Below are positions 27,132-36,862 of a stretch of 53,731 nt of DNA, one piece after another (the stretch's first letter is position 1; each line of letters starts with the position of its first letter). Source of the stretch: a bacterium (GTDB lineage: Bacteria > Patescibacteriota > Minisyncoccia > Minisyncoccales > JAZDGI01); NCBI GenBank assembly GCA_043807085.1, contig JAZDGI010000012.1, positions 1-53,731 of the forward strand, written 5' to 3'. The notes beneath the pieces are model-generated. The model saw nothing but the letters and a program-made list of their open reading frames with translations, did not search any database and was not told the origin of the DNA. The translations under genes were made by a program, and so were the position numbers.

Positions 27132-28240
27132 TAATTAAATTCGTTGACCTGCAAGGGCAATATCAAAAGATTAAAAAGGAAATAGAAAAAGAAGTTTTGG
27201 AGGTTTTAGCTTCGGGCCGTTATTCTGCCGGGCTGAAAACCGAAGCTTTTGAAAAAAAATTCGCTGAATTCTGCCGGACAAAATACGCTTTGGCTGTTAA
27301 CAACGGCAGTTCGGCTCTTCTTTTGGCGCTTTTGGCGCTGAACTTAAAAAAAGGCAGTGAGGTCATTACCCAGCCCAATACTTTCGTGGCCACGGTCGCG
27401 GCTATAATTTTTGCCGGATTAAAGCCTGTTTTTTGCGACATTAATCCTGAAACATATAATCTTGACGCAAAAAAAATTGAGAAAGTCATTACCAAAAAAA
27501 CCAAGGTTATTTTGCCGGTCCATCTTTTCGGCCAGACAGCTGATATGGGGGCGATTTTAAAGATTGCCAGGAAGTATAAATTATTTGTGGTTGAAGACTG
27601 CGCTCAAGCTCACGGAGCAGAATATCATAAAAAGAGAGCGGGATCTTTCGGAGATATCGGGTGCTTTAGCTTTTATCCGACAAAAGTTTTAGGCGCTTGC
27701 GGCGAAGGAGGAGCCGTGGTTGTAAATAATCAGGAACTGGTTGAGAAAATGAAAAGATTGAGAGATCATGGTTCCGCCAAAAAATATTATCATTCAGAGG
27801 TCGGCTTTAATTTCAGGCTGGAAGAAATTCAGGGAGCGATTCTGGGAGTGAAGATGAAATACTTGGGCCAATGGATAAAATCGCGCCAAAAAGCCGCCAG
27901 GATTTACGATAAGCTTTTAAAAAACAGCGGGGTTGCCACTCCTTTTGCGCCAAAAGGATTCAAAGGCGTTTATTATGTTTATGTTGTCAGGGCAAAAAAT
28001 AGAAACGAGCTACAGGAATATCTGGCTAAATCCGGAATCGGAACAATGATTCATTATCCCTTGCCCATTCATCTGCAGGAAGGATACAAATTTTTAGGAT
28101 ATAAGACGGGCGATTTTCCGGAAGCTGAAAAAGCGGCTGATGAAATTTTGTCTTTGCCATTTTATCCGGAAATAAAATTGAGCGAGCAAAAACTGGTCGC
28201 CCAGAAAATAAAAGAGTTTTATGCCGGTTATGCAAAATAA
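27128..28240 (+). CDS. DegT/DnrJ/EryC1/StrS PLP sugar aminotransferase 1
   Basis: VNNGSSAL, PVHLFGQ, EDCAQAHG, FSFYPTKVLG, FNFRL. Confidence 0.93.
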   Translation: MIIKFVDLQGQYQKIKKEIEKEVLEVLASGRYSAGLKTEAFEKKFAEFCRTKYALAVNNGSSALLLALLALNLKKGSEVITQPNTFVATVAAIIFAGLKPVFCDINPETYNLDAKKIEKVITKKTKVILPVHLFGQTADMGAILKIARKYKLFVVEDCAQAHGAEYHKKRAGSFGDIGCFSFYPTKVLGACGEGGAVVVNNQELVEKMKRLRDHGSAKKYYHSEVGFNFRLEEIQGAILGVKMKYLGQWIKSRQKAARIYDKLLKNSGVATPFAPKGFKGVYYVYVVRAKNRNELQEYLAKSGIGTMIHYPLPIHLQEGYKFLGYKTGDFPEAEKAADEILSLPFYPEIKLSEQKLVAQKIKEFYAGYAK

Positions 28241-29714
28241 ACTGCGCTTATTTATCAGCGAATTAAGGGAAAAAGGATTGCCTTATGCTCTTAAAAGGGT
28301 GGTCAATCTTATTTTACGTCCGATTAATGATCTGGTTGAAAGCCGCGTTTCTCTAATTGAATTGCGGTATGGGATATTGCCAAAAATTTTGCCTGATTTC
28401 TCTTCGGGTCCTGATAAATTTTACCAGTCAAATCTGGTAAAATCAGCCAGGGAGTTCTGGCTCCAAAATAAACCAGGCAGCTTTGATCTGGACGGCCAAA
28501 AGATTACGAGAAAAGAAATTTTTATATACGGCGGGCCTGACTCGAAAATTATTTGTCCTGTTTGCCAAAAATCAGAGTGGCTTTCAAGAATCAGGCAGAA
28601 AAATTTATTTTCGCCGCATTTCTGCAAGCGGAGCAAATTGGGCGAAGTTTTGTGTTCCAGGCAGGGAGACGAAATGTGGACTCATTGCCATCAAAATTTT
28701 GATTTTTCTTTTGGCTGCGACGCCAAACTGCCGGCTGCCAAATGCCTCTATCTCATACACAAGGGGAAAGAAAATTTTCTTAATCCCCGCTGCGAGCCCT
28801 GGCTTTTGGTTATGAGGAGACGTCTGGCTTTTGCCTGCCAGGTTGACGTGGCTGACAGCGCTCGCGGCATTAACTGGTCTGACTACGACTTTGTCTTTAC
28901 AATAAACGGCGGGAATAATCCGAAATTTTCTAGGCCAAACATTCCGATTATTATGTACGGCCACGACTTTTGGCCATTATCAAACAAAGGATTTCAGTGG
29001 GTTATAGACTGGATGAAGCCTGATATTTTTATGGCTTCGGACATCAGCCAGTGGAAAAAGAATTTCAGTTTTCCAGTCCGGACAAGATTCGTTTTTTACC
29101 CGCTTTTTGAATCATCTTTTTTCTCCCGGCCCAACTTAGCCGGCAAGAGACTTGATCTTTTGCTGGTCGGCGCCAAAGCGTCTTTGGTTTACAAGGCGCG
29201 GGCAGAGCTTTTAAAGCAGATTGAGCAATTTGCCAAGGGCCTTGGCCGGCGCTACAAAATTGAAATTTCCACGGCCAACGGCTCCAACAACGTTCTAAGA
29301 GAAGGGAGCTTGATTAAGAAAGACGCCGAATCCGGCCAGACAATCCGTCTTTTGAATAAATGGTCGGAATATTTGGGTTCGGCCCGCTACGCGATTTTTG
29401 GCGGAACTCTTTACCCGAGTTTAACCTATAAGCATTATGAGTTTTTGGGCTCTGGCGCCATACCGATTTTTCCGGAAACTCCCGATTTGAAATTTTTGAA
29501 TATCAGGCCTTTTGAGCATTACATTCCTCTTTCAGCTGTTTTAGGAGATAACGAAAAATTGTCTCATTTTTTGGACAATTACGACAAGTATAAATACATT
29601 GCCCGGAACGGGGTAAGATGGTATAAAGAATACTCCGATAAGATGATTTTTAACGATTTTGAAGACTTGGTCGGCGAAATTACCGATAATAAATTTCCTA
29701 AAAGATTAATTTAA
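28221..29714 (+). CDS. Uncharacterised protein: Cys/His-rich N-terminal domain plus GT-B-like C-terminal half
   Basis: CPVC, HFC, HCH cluster. C-terminal DLLLVG...EYLGSARYAIFG...KHYEFLGSG resembles the Glyco_trans_1_2 domain. Start may be 28230. Confidence 0.5.
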   Translation: MPVMQNKLRLFISELREKGLPYALKRVVNLILRPINDLVESRVSLIELRYGILPKILPDFSSGPDKFYQSNLVKSAREFWLQNKPGSFDLDGQKITRKEIFIYGGPDSKIICPVCQKSEWLSRIRQKNLFSPHFCKRSKLGEVLCSRQGDEMWTHCHQNFDFSFGCDAKLPAAKCLYLIHKGKENFLNPRCEPWLLVMRRRLAFACQVDVADSARGINWSDYDFVFTINGGNNPKFSRPNIPIIMYGHDFWPLSNKGFQWVIDWMKPDIFMASDISQWKKNFSFPVRTRFVFYPLFESSFFSRPNLAGKRLDLLLVGAKASLVYKARAELLKQIEQFAKGLGRRYKIEISTANGSNNVLREGSLIKKDAESGQTIRLLNKWSEYLGSARYAIFGGTLYPSLTYKHYEFLGSGAIPIFPETPDLKFLNIRPFEHYIPLSAVLGDNEKLSHFLDNYDKYKYIARNGVRWYKEYSDKMIFNDFEDLVGEITDNKFPKRLI

Positions 29715-29728
29715 AAAAAATAAAATAT

Positions 29729-30721
29729 ATGCCAAAAAAAATTTTAATTACGGGAGCTGCCGGCTTTGTCGGCCATCACTGCGTTGACCACTTGCTGAAA
29801 AACACTGATTTTAACATCGTGGTTCTGGATTCGCTGAATTACGCCGGCGAAATGAACAGAATAACCGACAGCGAAGTTTTTAGCCATGAAAGAGTCAAAT
29901 TCGTCTGGCACGATTTGCGGGCTCCTGTTTCCAGAACCGTCAATAAGCTGCTTGGCGATTTGGATTACTGCGTGCATTTTGCCGCCGAAAGCCACGTTGA
30001 CAAAAGCTTGGAAGACAGCGTTCCTTTTGTTCAGAGCAATGTGCTGGGAACGGCAAACTTGCTGGAATACTTCAAGCATTTTCAGCCGCAATGCAAAATT
30101 ATAATATTTTCCACAGACGAGGTTTTCGGCCCGGCCGCAGAAGGAGTTTATTTTAAGGAAGACGACAGCTTCAAGCCGTCAAATCCTTATTCGGCTTCCA
30201 AAGCCGGCGAAGAAATGATCGCTTATTCTTTTGCTCACGCTTTCGGCTTGCCGATTTCCATTGTCAGATCAATGAATATCGTGGGCGAGCGCCAATTTCC
30301 GGAAAAGTTTGTGCCCAAGACCATTAAAGCCATTTTAAACAACGAAAAAATTATGCTGCACGGCCGGGGAAGAAACGATTTGTCTTCAAGGTGCTGGATA
30401 CACGCCAGGAACGTGGCTGACGCTTTGCTCTTTTTGCTGGACAGGGCGAAAAAAGAGGAGTTCTATCACATTGTGGGCGAAGAGCGAAACGTTTTAGAAA
30501 TAGCCGACTGGATTTCAGAGGTAATCAGGGACCGAAAAATCAAGGACGACGAGATTGAGTGGGTTGATTATGAAATTGCCCGATCGGGCCATGATAAGAG
30601 ATACGCGCTTTCCGGAGAAAAATTGGCAAAAATGGGCTGGCAGCCGCCGGTTGATTTGGAAGCCTCTGTTAAAAAGACGGTCAAATGGACATTAGAGCAT
30701 CAAAAATGGCTGAATGTATGA
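29729..30721 (+). CDS. rfbB: dTDP-glucose 4,6-dehydratase-like NAD-dependent dehydratase
   Basis: ITGAAGFVG, HFAAESHVD, STDEVFG, PSNPYSASK, QFPEKFVP, GHDKRYA. Confidence 0.85.
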   Translation: MPKKILITGAAGFVGHHCVDHLLKNTDFNIVVLDSLNYAGEMNRITDSEVFSHERVKFVWHDLRAPVSRTVNKLLGDLDYCVHFAAESHVDKSLEDSVPFVQSNVLGTANLLEYFKHFQPQCKIIIFSTDEVFGPAAEGVYFKEDDSFKPSNPYSASKAGEEMIAYSFAHAFGLPISIVRSMNIVGERQFPEKFVPKTIKAILNNEKIMLHGRGRNDLSSRCWIHARNVADALLFLLDRAKKEEFYHIVGEERNVLEIADWISEVIRDRKIKDDEIEWVDYEIARSGHDKRYALSGEKLAKMGWQPPVDLEASVKKTVKWTLEHQKWLNV

Positions 30722-31122
30722 TGAAAAAAGTTAAATATAAAATCAAAAAATTAAAAGTCCATTTAGACGACCGGGGTTGGCTGGTTGAACTGCTCAAAGC
30801 CGATCAGATAGAAAAGCCGGTAAAGCAAATCCATATTTCTTCCATTAACCCGGGTTATGTCAGAGGGAATCATTACCATTTAAAAAGAATGGAGTGGTTT
30901 TTTGTCATTGCCGGCGAGACAGAGCTCGGGCTTGAAGACATCAAGACCAAAAAGAAAGTTCGTTTTAAGCTTTCTTCTAAAAATCCAAGAGTTATTACTA
31001 TCTTTCCGAGAGTGGCTCACGCGGTAAAAAACATCGGTCAAGGCATGGCTTATTTTGTCAGCGCCCAGAGCGATATTTTCAATCCCAAAAAATCAGACAG
31101 GATTCTTTATAAAATTTTATGA
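30718..31122 (+). CDS. Cupin sugar 3,4-ketoisomerase/epimerase (FdtA/WxcM-like)
   Basis: DDRGWL, RGNHYH, VAHAVKN. ATG 30718 overlaps the upstream TGA. Confidence 0.8.
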   Translation: MMKKVKYKIKKLKVHLDDRGWLVELLKADQIEKPVKQIHISSINPGYVRGNHYHLKRMEWFFVIAGETELGLEDIKTKKKVRFKLSSKNPRVITIFPRVAHAVKNIGQGMAYFVSAQSDIFNPKKSDRILYKIL

Positions 31123-32360
31123 AAGGAAATTTTATCCACAAAAAAAATTGCCGGATCTGTCAAAGCTCCAGCTTGCTGAAAGTTTTGGATTTGGGCCGAA
31201 TGCCTTTGGCGAATTTGTTTTTAAAGAAAAGAGAGCTGCCAAAGCCTGAACTAAAATTTCCTTTAGCCGCTTACTTCTGTCAAAGTTGCGGGCTTTTTCA
31301 GATATTGGATGTTGTTAATCCAAAAATCCTTTTCCGGCATTACTATTATCTGACATCAACCAGCTCGCCTTTGGCCGACCATTTCGTGGCTTCTGGCCGA
31401 GAACTGGCGTCTAGATTTATCAAATCAAAAAAAGATTTATTTGTTGACATCGGCGGAAACGACGCTGTTTTGCTGGCCAGCTTAAAAAATAAATGCCGGG
31501 TTTTGAATGTAGAGCCGGCGCAAAATATAGCAAAAATATCTAGGGAAAAGGGCGTTGAAACAATGGAGGAATTTTTCGGCTCCAGCCTGGCCGAAAGAAT
31601 TTTTAGAAAATACGGCTCGGCAAAAGTCGTGACAGCCAGCAACGTCATCGCCCAGATGGACGACCTCAAGGATTCTTTTATGGGAGTAAAAAAAATAATC
31701 GGCCAAACCGGAGTCTTTGTGCTTGAAGTTCATTGGGTCGCCAATTTGCTGGGATTGGCGGGCATTGGCGGTTTTGACCAGATTTACCATGAGCACCTTT
31801 CTTATTTTTCCCTGACAGCGCTAAAGAAGCTGGTTGAAGCCGTTGGCCTGAAAATTTTTGACGTAAAATTGATTCCGATTCACGGAAAATCTTTGAGAGT
31901 TTATGCCGCGAAATCTCGCAAGGCCGCAGGTTCGGTTAAGAATTTTTTGCAGAAAGAAAAAGATTTGGGCCTGGACAAAGCCAAAACTTATATTGATTTT
32001 GCCGAGAGGGTGGAGCAGAACAAAAAAGAATTAAAGGATTTGCTTTTGAAGCTGAAAAAGGAGAATAAAAAAATTGTCGGCTACGGCGCTCCGGCCAAAG
32101 GCAATATCTTGCTCAACTATTTTGGGATAGACAATAAAATCCTGGACTTTATCATTGACGATTCTCCTTTAAAGCAGGGGACGTATGCCCCGGGTAGCCA
32201 TATTCCGGTTTTTTCTCCAGCCAGATTAAGGGAAAATCGGCCAGATTATTTATTGGTTTTGGCCTGGAATTACGCTAAATCAATTTTTGAAAAAGAAAAG
32301 AAATTGCATGATCAGGGAGTCAAATTTATTATTCCGGTTCCCAAAGTAAAAATTACTTGA
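31119..32360 (+). CDS. NDP-hexose C-methyltransferase (zinc-binding N-terminus, class I SAM domain, C-methyltransferase C-terminus)
   Basis: CRIC...LDLGRMPLAN...CQSC, DIGGNDAVLL, DQIYHEHLSYFS, GYGAPAKGN, LAWNY. Confidence 0.88.
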   Translation: MKGNFIHKKNCRICQSSSLLKVLDLGRMPLANLFLKKRELPKPELKFPLAAYFCQSCGLFQILDVVNPKILFRHYYYLTSTSSPLADHFVASGRELASRFIKSKKDLFVDIGGNDAVLLASLKNKCRVLNVEPAQNIAKISREKGVETMEEFFGSSLAERIFRKYGSAKVVTASNVIAQMDDLKDSFMGVKKIIGQTGVFVLEVHWVANLLGLAGIGGFDQIYHEHLSYFSLTALKKLVEAVGLKIFDVKLIPIHGKSLRVYAAKSRKAAGSVKNFLQKEKDLGLDKAKTYIDFAERVEQNKKELKDLLLKLKKENKKIVGYGAPAKGNILLNYFGIDNKILDFIIDDSPLKQGTYAPGSHIPVFSPARLRENRPDYLLVLAWNYAKSIFEKEKKLHDQGVKFIIPVPKVKIT

Positions 32361-32366
32361 TTTATT

Positions 32367-33830
32367 ATGAAGATATGCTTAATCAAGCCGCCGCAAATTA
32401 CGCCATTGGAATGGGGCAGACAAGCCCCTTTGCAGCCTTTGGGTTTGGCTTATTTAGCCGCTGTTTTGGAAAAAGACCATGAGGTGTCTATTCTTGACGC
32501 GCAGGCTGAAGCGTGGGATCAGGTCAAAAAAATCGGCGATAAATATTATTTCGGCTTGCCGCCAGAAGAAATAGAAAAGAAAATTAAAGATCTTAATCCT
32601 GAATTGGTAGGTATTTCCGTTCAGTTTTCAATTGACGAAGAAAGCTCGCTGGCTGTGGCCAAGTTAGTAAAGTCAATCAATAAAAAAATAATAACGGTTT
32701 TGGGCGGCCCGCATTGTTCGGTCAGGCCATTAGATGTCCTTTCAAATCCTGACGTGGATTTCGTCGTTCTGCGCGAAGGCGAAGAAACGTTTTTTGAGCT
32801 AGCCAGGGAATTGGCCGGCGGCAATTACGGGTCTTTGGAAAAAGTTTTGGGCATAGCCTACAAAAAAGACGGCCAGCCGTTCTTTACTCCTCCGAGGCCC
32901 TTTATCCAGAATCTTGATCTGCTTCCGCTTCCGGCCCGGCATTTGCTGCCTATGGAGAAATATTTTCAGGCGGCTGAAAGCGGCCAAGTTCCCAGGGATA
33001 TTTATACTTTCAGTCCGCGTTGGGCGAGCGTCATTACGAGCCGGAGTTGTCCTTACAATTGCGCTTTTTGCAGCGTGCATTTGTCAATGGGCAGAGGCTT
33101 CAGGCCAAGGAGTCCTGAAAATGTCGTTGAGGAAATTGAGCAATTGGTTAGGGATTACCGCATAGAACATATAAATTTTGAAGACGATAATATGACGTTG
33201 GATAAAAAGAGATTTAAAGATATTTGCGATTTGATGGTTGCCAGAAACATCAAGATTACCTGGAGCACGCCCAACGGCATCAGAGCCGACGCCATAGACG
33301 AGGAGCTGGTTCAAAAGATGAAAAAATCCGGATGCAAAAGAGTGGTCGTGTCTCCAGAGTCCGGCGTTCAAAGAGTGGTCAGCCAAATTATAAAAAAGAA
33401 TCTGGATTTAAAGAAAATAGAGGAAGCGGTGGCGCTTTTTAAAAAACACGGGATTGAAGTTGACGCTTCTTTTGTGGTCGGCATGATAGGGGAAACGAAA
33501 AAAGACATTTGGGCCACCATTCGCTACGGCTTAAAGCTCAAACGGCTGGGCATGAGCAAGGCTGGATTCAATATCGCCACGCCGCTCTACGGAACAGAGC
33601 TATACGAGTTGGCCAAACAGAAGAATTATTTAAAAAAAGATATGTCAAGCTCCCTTCTCTCGCCATCCTCCTGCCTTATTGATACGCCCGAATGGACCGG
33701 GCAGGAAGTAAGGGCTTTCTGCGCTTTAGGCAATTGGCTGGTCAATTATAATTTGCGGGAAAAGATTTTAAAAGGCTTTTCCGGATTTCATAAGTATTTT
33801 AAACATATCGGGAAATTATTAAATTTATGA
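32367..33830 (+). CDS. B12-binding radical SAM protein 2
   Basis: QPLGLAYLAA, GGPHCS, REGEE, TSRSCPYNCAFC, FEDDN, PESG, TPLYGT. Confidence 0.9.
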   Translation: MKICLIKPPQITPLEWGRQAPLQPLGLAYLAAVLEKDHEVSILDAQAEAWDQVKKIGDKYYFGLPPEEIEKKIKDLNPELVGISVQFSIDEESSLAVAKLVKSINKKIITVLGGPHCSVRPLDVLSNPDVDFVVLREGEETFFELARELAGGNYGSLEKVLGIAYKKDGQPFFTPPRPFIQNLDLLPLPARHLLPMEKYFQAAESGQVPRDIYTFSPRWASVITSRSCPYNCAFCSVHLSMGRGFRPRSPENVVEEIEQLVRDYRIEHINFEDDNMTLDKKRFKDICDLMVARNIKITWSTPNGIRADAIDEELVQKMKKSGCKRVVVSPESGVQRVVSQIIKKNLDLKKIEEAVALFKKHGIEVDASFVVGMIGETKKDIWATIRYGLKLKRLGMSKAGFNIATPLYGTELYELAKQKNYLKKDMSSSLLSPSSCLIDTPEWTGQEVRAFCALGNWLVNYNLREKILKGFSGFHKYFKHIGKLLNL

Positions 33831-34900
33831 AAAGAGAACTAAAAGAAGCAATCAGTCTTTCTAAAGGAGCTTTGCAAACTTTGGCCTTTAGGGCGTTAAG
33901 AAGGCGGCCAAAATTGCGCGGAATGGTTTACGAAATTACAGATCTTTGCAATTCGCGCTGCCGGCATTGCAGTATTTGGCGACAGAAACCGGCTCCCAAT
34001 CCTTTAACTCCGGCTGAGATTGAAAAGATATTCCAAGACCCGTTTTTCAGAAATTTGAAAGAGGTTATTATCACCGGGGGCGAGCCTATGGTCAGGCCGG
34101 ATTTGGAAGAAATTGTTTTCATCCTGCGAAAATATATTCATCCCGACGCCATTATAAGTTTGAGCACCAACGGCATCCTGCCGGAAAGAGCCATTAAAGC
34201 AATAAAAACATTTTTGGCCGCTGGTATGCGTCTGGTGGCCGGCGTGTCTCTTGACGGCATCGGTCAAAAACATGATGAAATCAGGGGAATTAAGGGCAAC
34301 TTCCAAAAAGTGGATTTCTTGCTGCACGAGTTAAAGCTGCTGCAGAACCAATATAAAGACAGCTTTAGCGTTACAGCGGGATTCACTTTTTCTCCTCTGA
34401 CCTTTGGCTCAATGGAAGAGGTGAAAAATTACGTTGAAAGCTTCGGATTTTATTTTTTGCCCCAGGTCTACGAAGAAGTTTCTTATTACTCAAACGAAAA
34501 CGGCGTTAGGTCCGATAAAAGCGAAGAGCTAATCAAGGCTATCCAGGAGTTCCCGCCTTCTTTTCAAAAGGAAATGATGCTGATGGCGGTCAAGGGTTTG
34601 CCTTTTAAATTTAGCTGCTCCAGCATGAACACATTTTTCCTTTTGCACAGCAACGGCGATATTTCGCCTTGTCTGCGCTACAGCCACTTAAAACTCGGCA
34701 ATCTTAAGAATCAATCAATTGAAGAAATTTGGCAAAGCAAAGCTGTCAAAGACGCGAGAAAAATGATTAAAAACTGCAATAAATGCTACAATACCTGGGC
34801 GACTGGTTGGAGCATGGAAACCTGGTTTCCGCCATTCTTGCCTTTGCTGGCCAAGGTTTATTGCCTGAAGAAAAAATCAGCCAAAAGCAAAAAACAATGA
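33827..34900 (+). CDS. Radical SAM protein with SPASM/twitch-type C-terminus
   Basis: EITDLCNSRCRHC, TGGEP, LSTNG, SLDG; C-terminal CSS...GDISPC...LGNL...CNKC. Confidence 0.88.
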   Translation: MKRELKEAISLSKGALQTLAFRALRRRPKLRGMVYEITDLCNSRCRHCSIWRQKPAPNPLTPAEIEKIFQDPFFRNLKEVIITGGEPMVRPDLEEIVFILRKYIHPDAIISLSTNGILPERAIKAIKTFLAAGMRLVAGVSLDGIGQKHDEIRGIKGNFQKVDFLLHELKLLQNQYKDSFSVTAGFTFSPLTFGSMEEVKNYVESFGFYFLPQVYEEVSYYSNENGVRSDKSEELIKAIQEFPPSFQKEMMLMAVKGLPFKFSCSSMNTFFLLHSNGDISPCLRYSHLKLGNLKNQSIEEIWQSKAVKDARKMIKNCNKCYNTWATGWSMETWFPPFLPLLAKVYCLKKKSAKSKKQ

Positions 34901-36003
34901 GAGTCACTTTTATATTAACCAGCTATTCCAGAAAACCCATTGGCGGTTTCAGGGTAGTATATGAATATGCCAACCGATTGGTTAAGAGGGGCTATCGGGT
35001 TAATATAGTTTATTGCAAGCGATTAAAAAATATACCTGAATCTTTGGGTCCGTTGAAGAGATTAAAGTCGGAAATTTATTATTTATACAAGATTTTATTT
35101 AAGCCAAAGCCTGACTGGCAGCTAATTGATTCCAGGATAAAAACTTTTCACGTTCCAGAGCCTGAAGCAAGATATATTCCCGAAGCTGACGCGGTTTTTG
35201 CCACTTATTGGGCAATCGCAGAATATATGGAAAAGTATCCCGAGGAAAAAGGAAGAAAATGCTATCTTTTCCAGCATTATGAAACTTTCGGCAGCAAGGA
35301 TACGGGAGAGGTTGCCGCTACCTGGCTGTCGTCTTTTCCCAAGATAATTATTTCCAAATGGCTTTATGACATAGGCCTCTCTTTTAACGCCAAGGATATG
35401 GTTTATATTCCCAATGGCATAGACCATGATCATTTTAAGATGACCGCGGCTATAAAAGATCGGCCGGCTCGCGTTGCAATGATGTATTCGGAAATTCCTT
35501 GGAAAGGCGCTTGGGACGGCATATCAGCCATTGATTTGGCCAAAAAGCAATTTCCCGACTTGCAAGCTGTTTTATTTGGCGTTGGAAAAAGAGCCAGAGA
35601 TATTCCGAGCTGGATTGAATATCGCGAAAATCCCGGCCAAAAAGAGCTGTCAGAGAGTATCTATAATTATAGCTCAATATGCTTGTGCCCAAGCCATACC
35701 GAAGGATTTGCCTTGCCGCCGGCTGAAGCTATGTCCTGCGGCTGCGCCGTGGCAACGACTGATTGCGGCGGGATAAAAGACTTCTGCCAAAACGAAAAAA
35801 CCGCTCTGATTTCTCCCGTCAGACAGCCCGAAGCTTTAGCCAAAAACCTTATTAGATTTTTGGAAGACGACGGCTTGAGGATCAAGATCGCTCAAGCGGG
35901 CTATGATTATATCCAGCGGTTTTCCTGGGAAAACAGCCTTGATTTAATGGAGAATTTTTTAAAAAAATATGGCAACGCCGAAAGTTTCAATAGTAATTCT
36001 TAA
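34897..36003 (+). CDS. GT4 family glycosyltransferase
   Basis: GGFRVVYEYAN, IPNGID, EGFALPPAEAMSCG. ATG 34897 overlaps the upstream TGA. Confidence 0.9.
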   Translation: MRVTFILTSYSRKPIGGFRVVYEYANRLVKRGYRVNIVYCKRLKNIPESLGPLKRLKSEIYYLYKILFKPKPDWQLIDSRIKTFHVPEPEARYIPEADAVFATYWAIAEYMEKYPEEKGRKCYLFQHYETFGSKDTGEVAATWLSSFPKIIISKWLYDIGLSFNAKDMVYIPNGIDHDHFKMTAAIKDRPARVAMMYSEIPWKGAWDGISAIDLAKKQFPDLQAVLFGVGKRARDIPSWIEYRENPGQKELSESIYNYSSICLCPSHTEGFALPPAEAMSCGCAVATTDCGGIKDFCQNEKTALISPVRQPEALAKNLIRFLEDDGLRIKIAQAGYDYIQRFSWENSLDLMENFLKKYGNAESFNSNS

Positions 36004-36862
36004 CTGGAATAATTATAAAGATACGAAAGAGTGTCTGGAATCTTTGGAGAAGATCACTTACCCCAATTTTGAATTGGTGGTGGTTGATAACGGCTCCAGC
36101 GATAATTCCACCAAGAATATCCAGAAAGAATTCCTGCGGCATATTTTTATTTACAATAATGACAACTTGGGCTATGCCGGCGGGATTAACGCCGGCATAA
36201 GGCGGGCTTTTGACAACGGAGCGGATTACATTTTCACTATGAACAACGATATGCTGGCTGACAAAAGTTTTTTGGAGCCCCTGATTGAGGTAATGGAGAA
36301 AGACGAAAAAATAGGTTTGGCTGGACCAGCCACTTATTGTTATCCAGCCAAAGAAAAATTATATACCGCTGGCGAAATGATAAAATACTGGAAGGGGGGA
36401 GTAAGGCAGATCGGTCTGCCAAAAGATGTTGTGGAAGTTGACTGCTTGGGCGGCTGTTTTCTGATTAAAAGAGAGGTGATAGAAAAAATCGGCTATTTTT
36501 ACGAACCTTATTTTCTTGATTTTGAGGAGACCGAATACTGCCTGCGAGCTGCCAGGGCCGGTTTTAAAATAGTCAGCCACCCCAAATCAAAAATCTGGCA
36601 TAAGGTCAGCTTGACTCTGAACAAGATTCCAGCTTCTTCAGCCTACTATTATTACCGGAACAAACTTTTGTTTGTCAAAAGAAACGCCCCTTTTTACATT
36701 AAATATCCTTTTTATTTTTACGGCAGTTTGTATCTTGTTTTAAAAATCGCTGAAAATTTGGCCAAGGGCGACAAAACAATGGCTTTTTCCATTAAAAATT
36801 CTTTGACTGACTTTTGGCAAGGCAATTTTTGTAAAGGCAATCCGATTAAAAAATATGAATAA
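35969..36862 (+). CDS. GT2 family glycosyltransferase
   Basis: VILNWN, VVDNGSSD, NLGYAGGIN, MNND, FEETEYC. Confidence 0.9.
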   Translation: MATPKVSIVILNWNNYKDTKECLESLEKITYPNFELVVVDNGSSDNSTKNIQKEFLRHIFIYNNDNLGYAGGINAGIRRAFDNGADYIFTMNNDMLADKSFLEPLIEVMEKDEKIGLAGPATYCYPAKEKLYTAGEMIKYWKGGVRQIGLPKDVVEVDCLGGCFLIKREVIEKIGYFYEPYFLDFEETEYCLRAARAGFKIVSHPKSKIWHKVSLTLNKIPASSAYYYYRNKLLFVKRNAPFYIKYPFYFYGSLYLVLKIAENLAKGDKTMAFSIKNSLTDFWQGNFCKGNPIKKYE

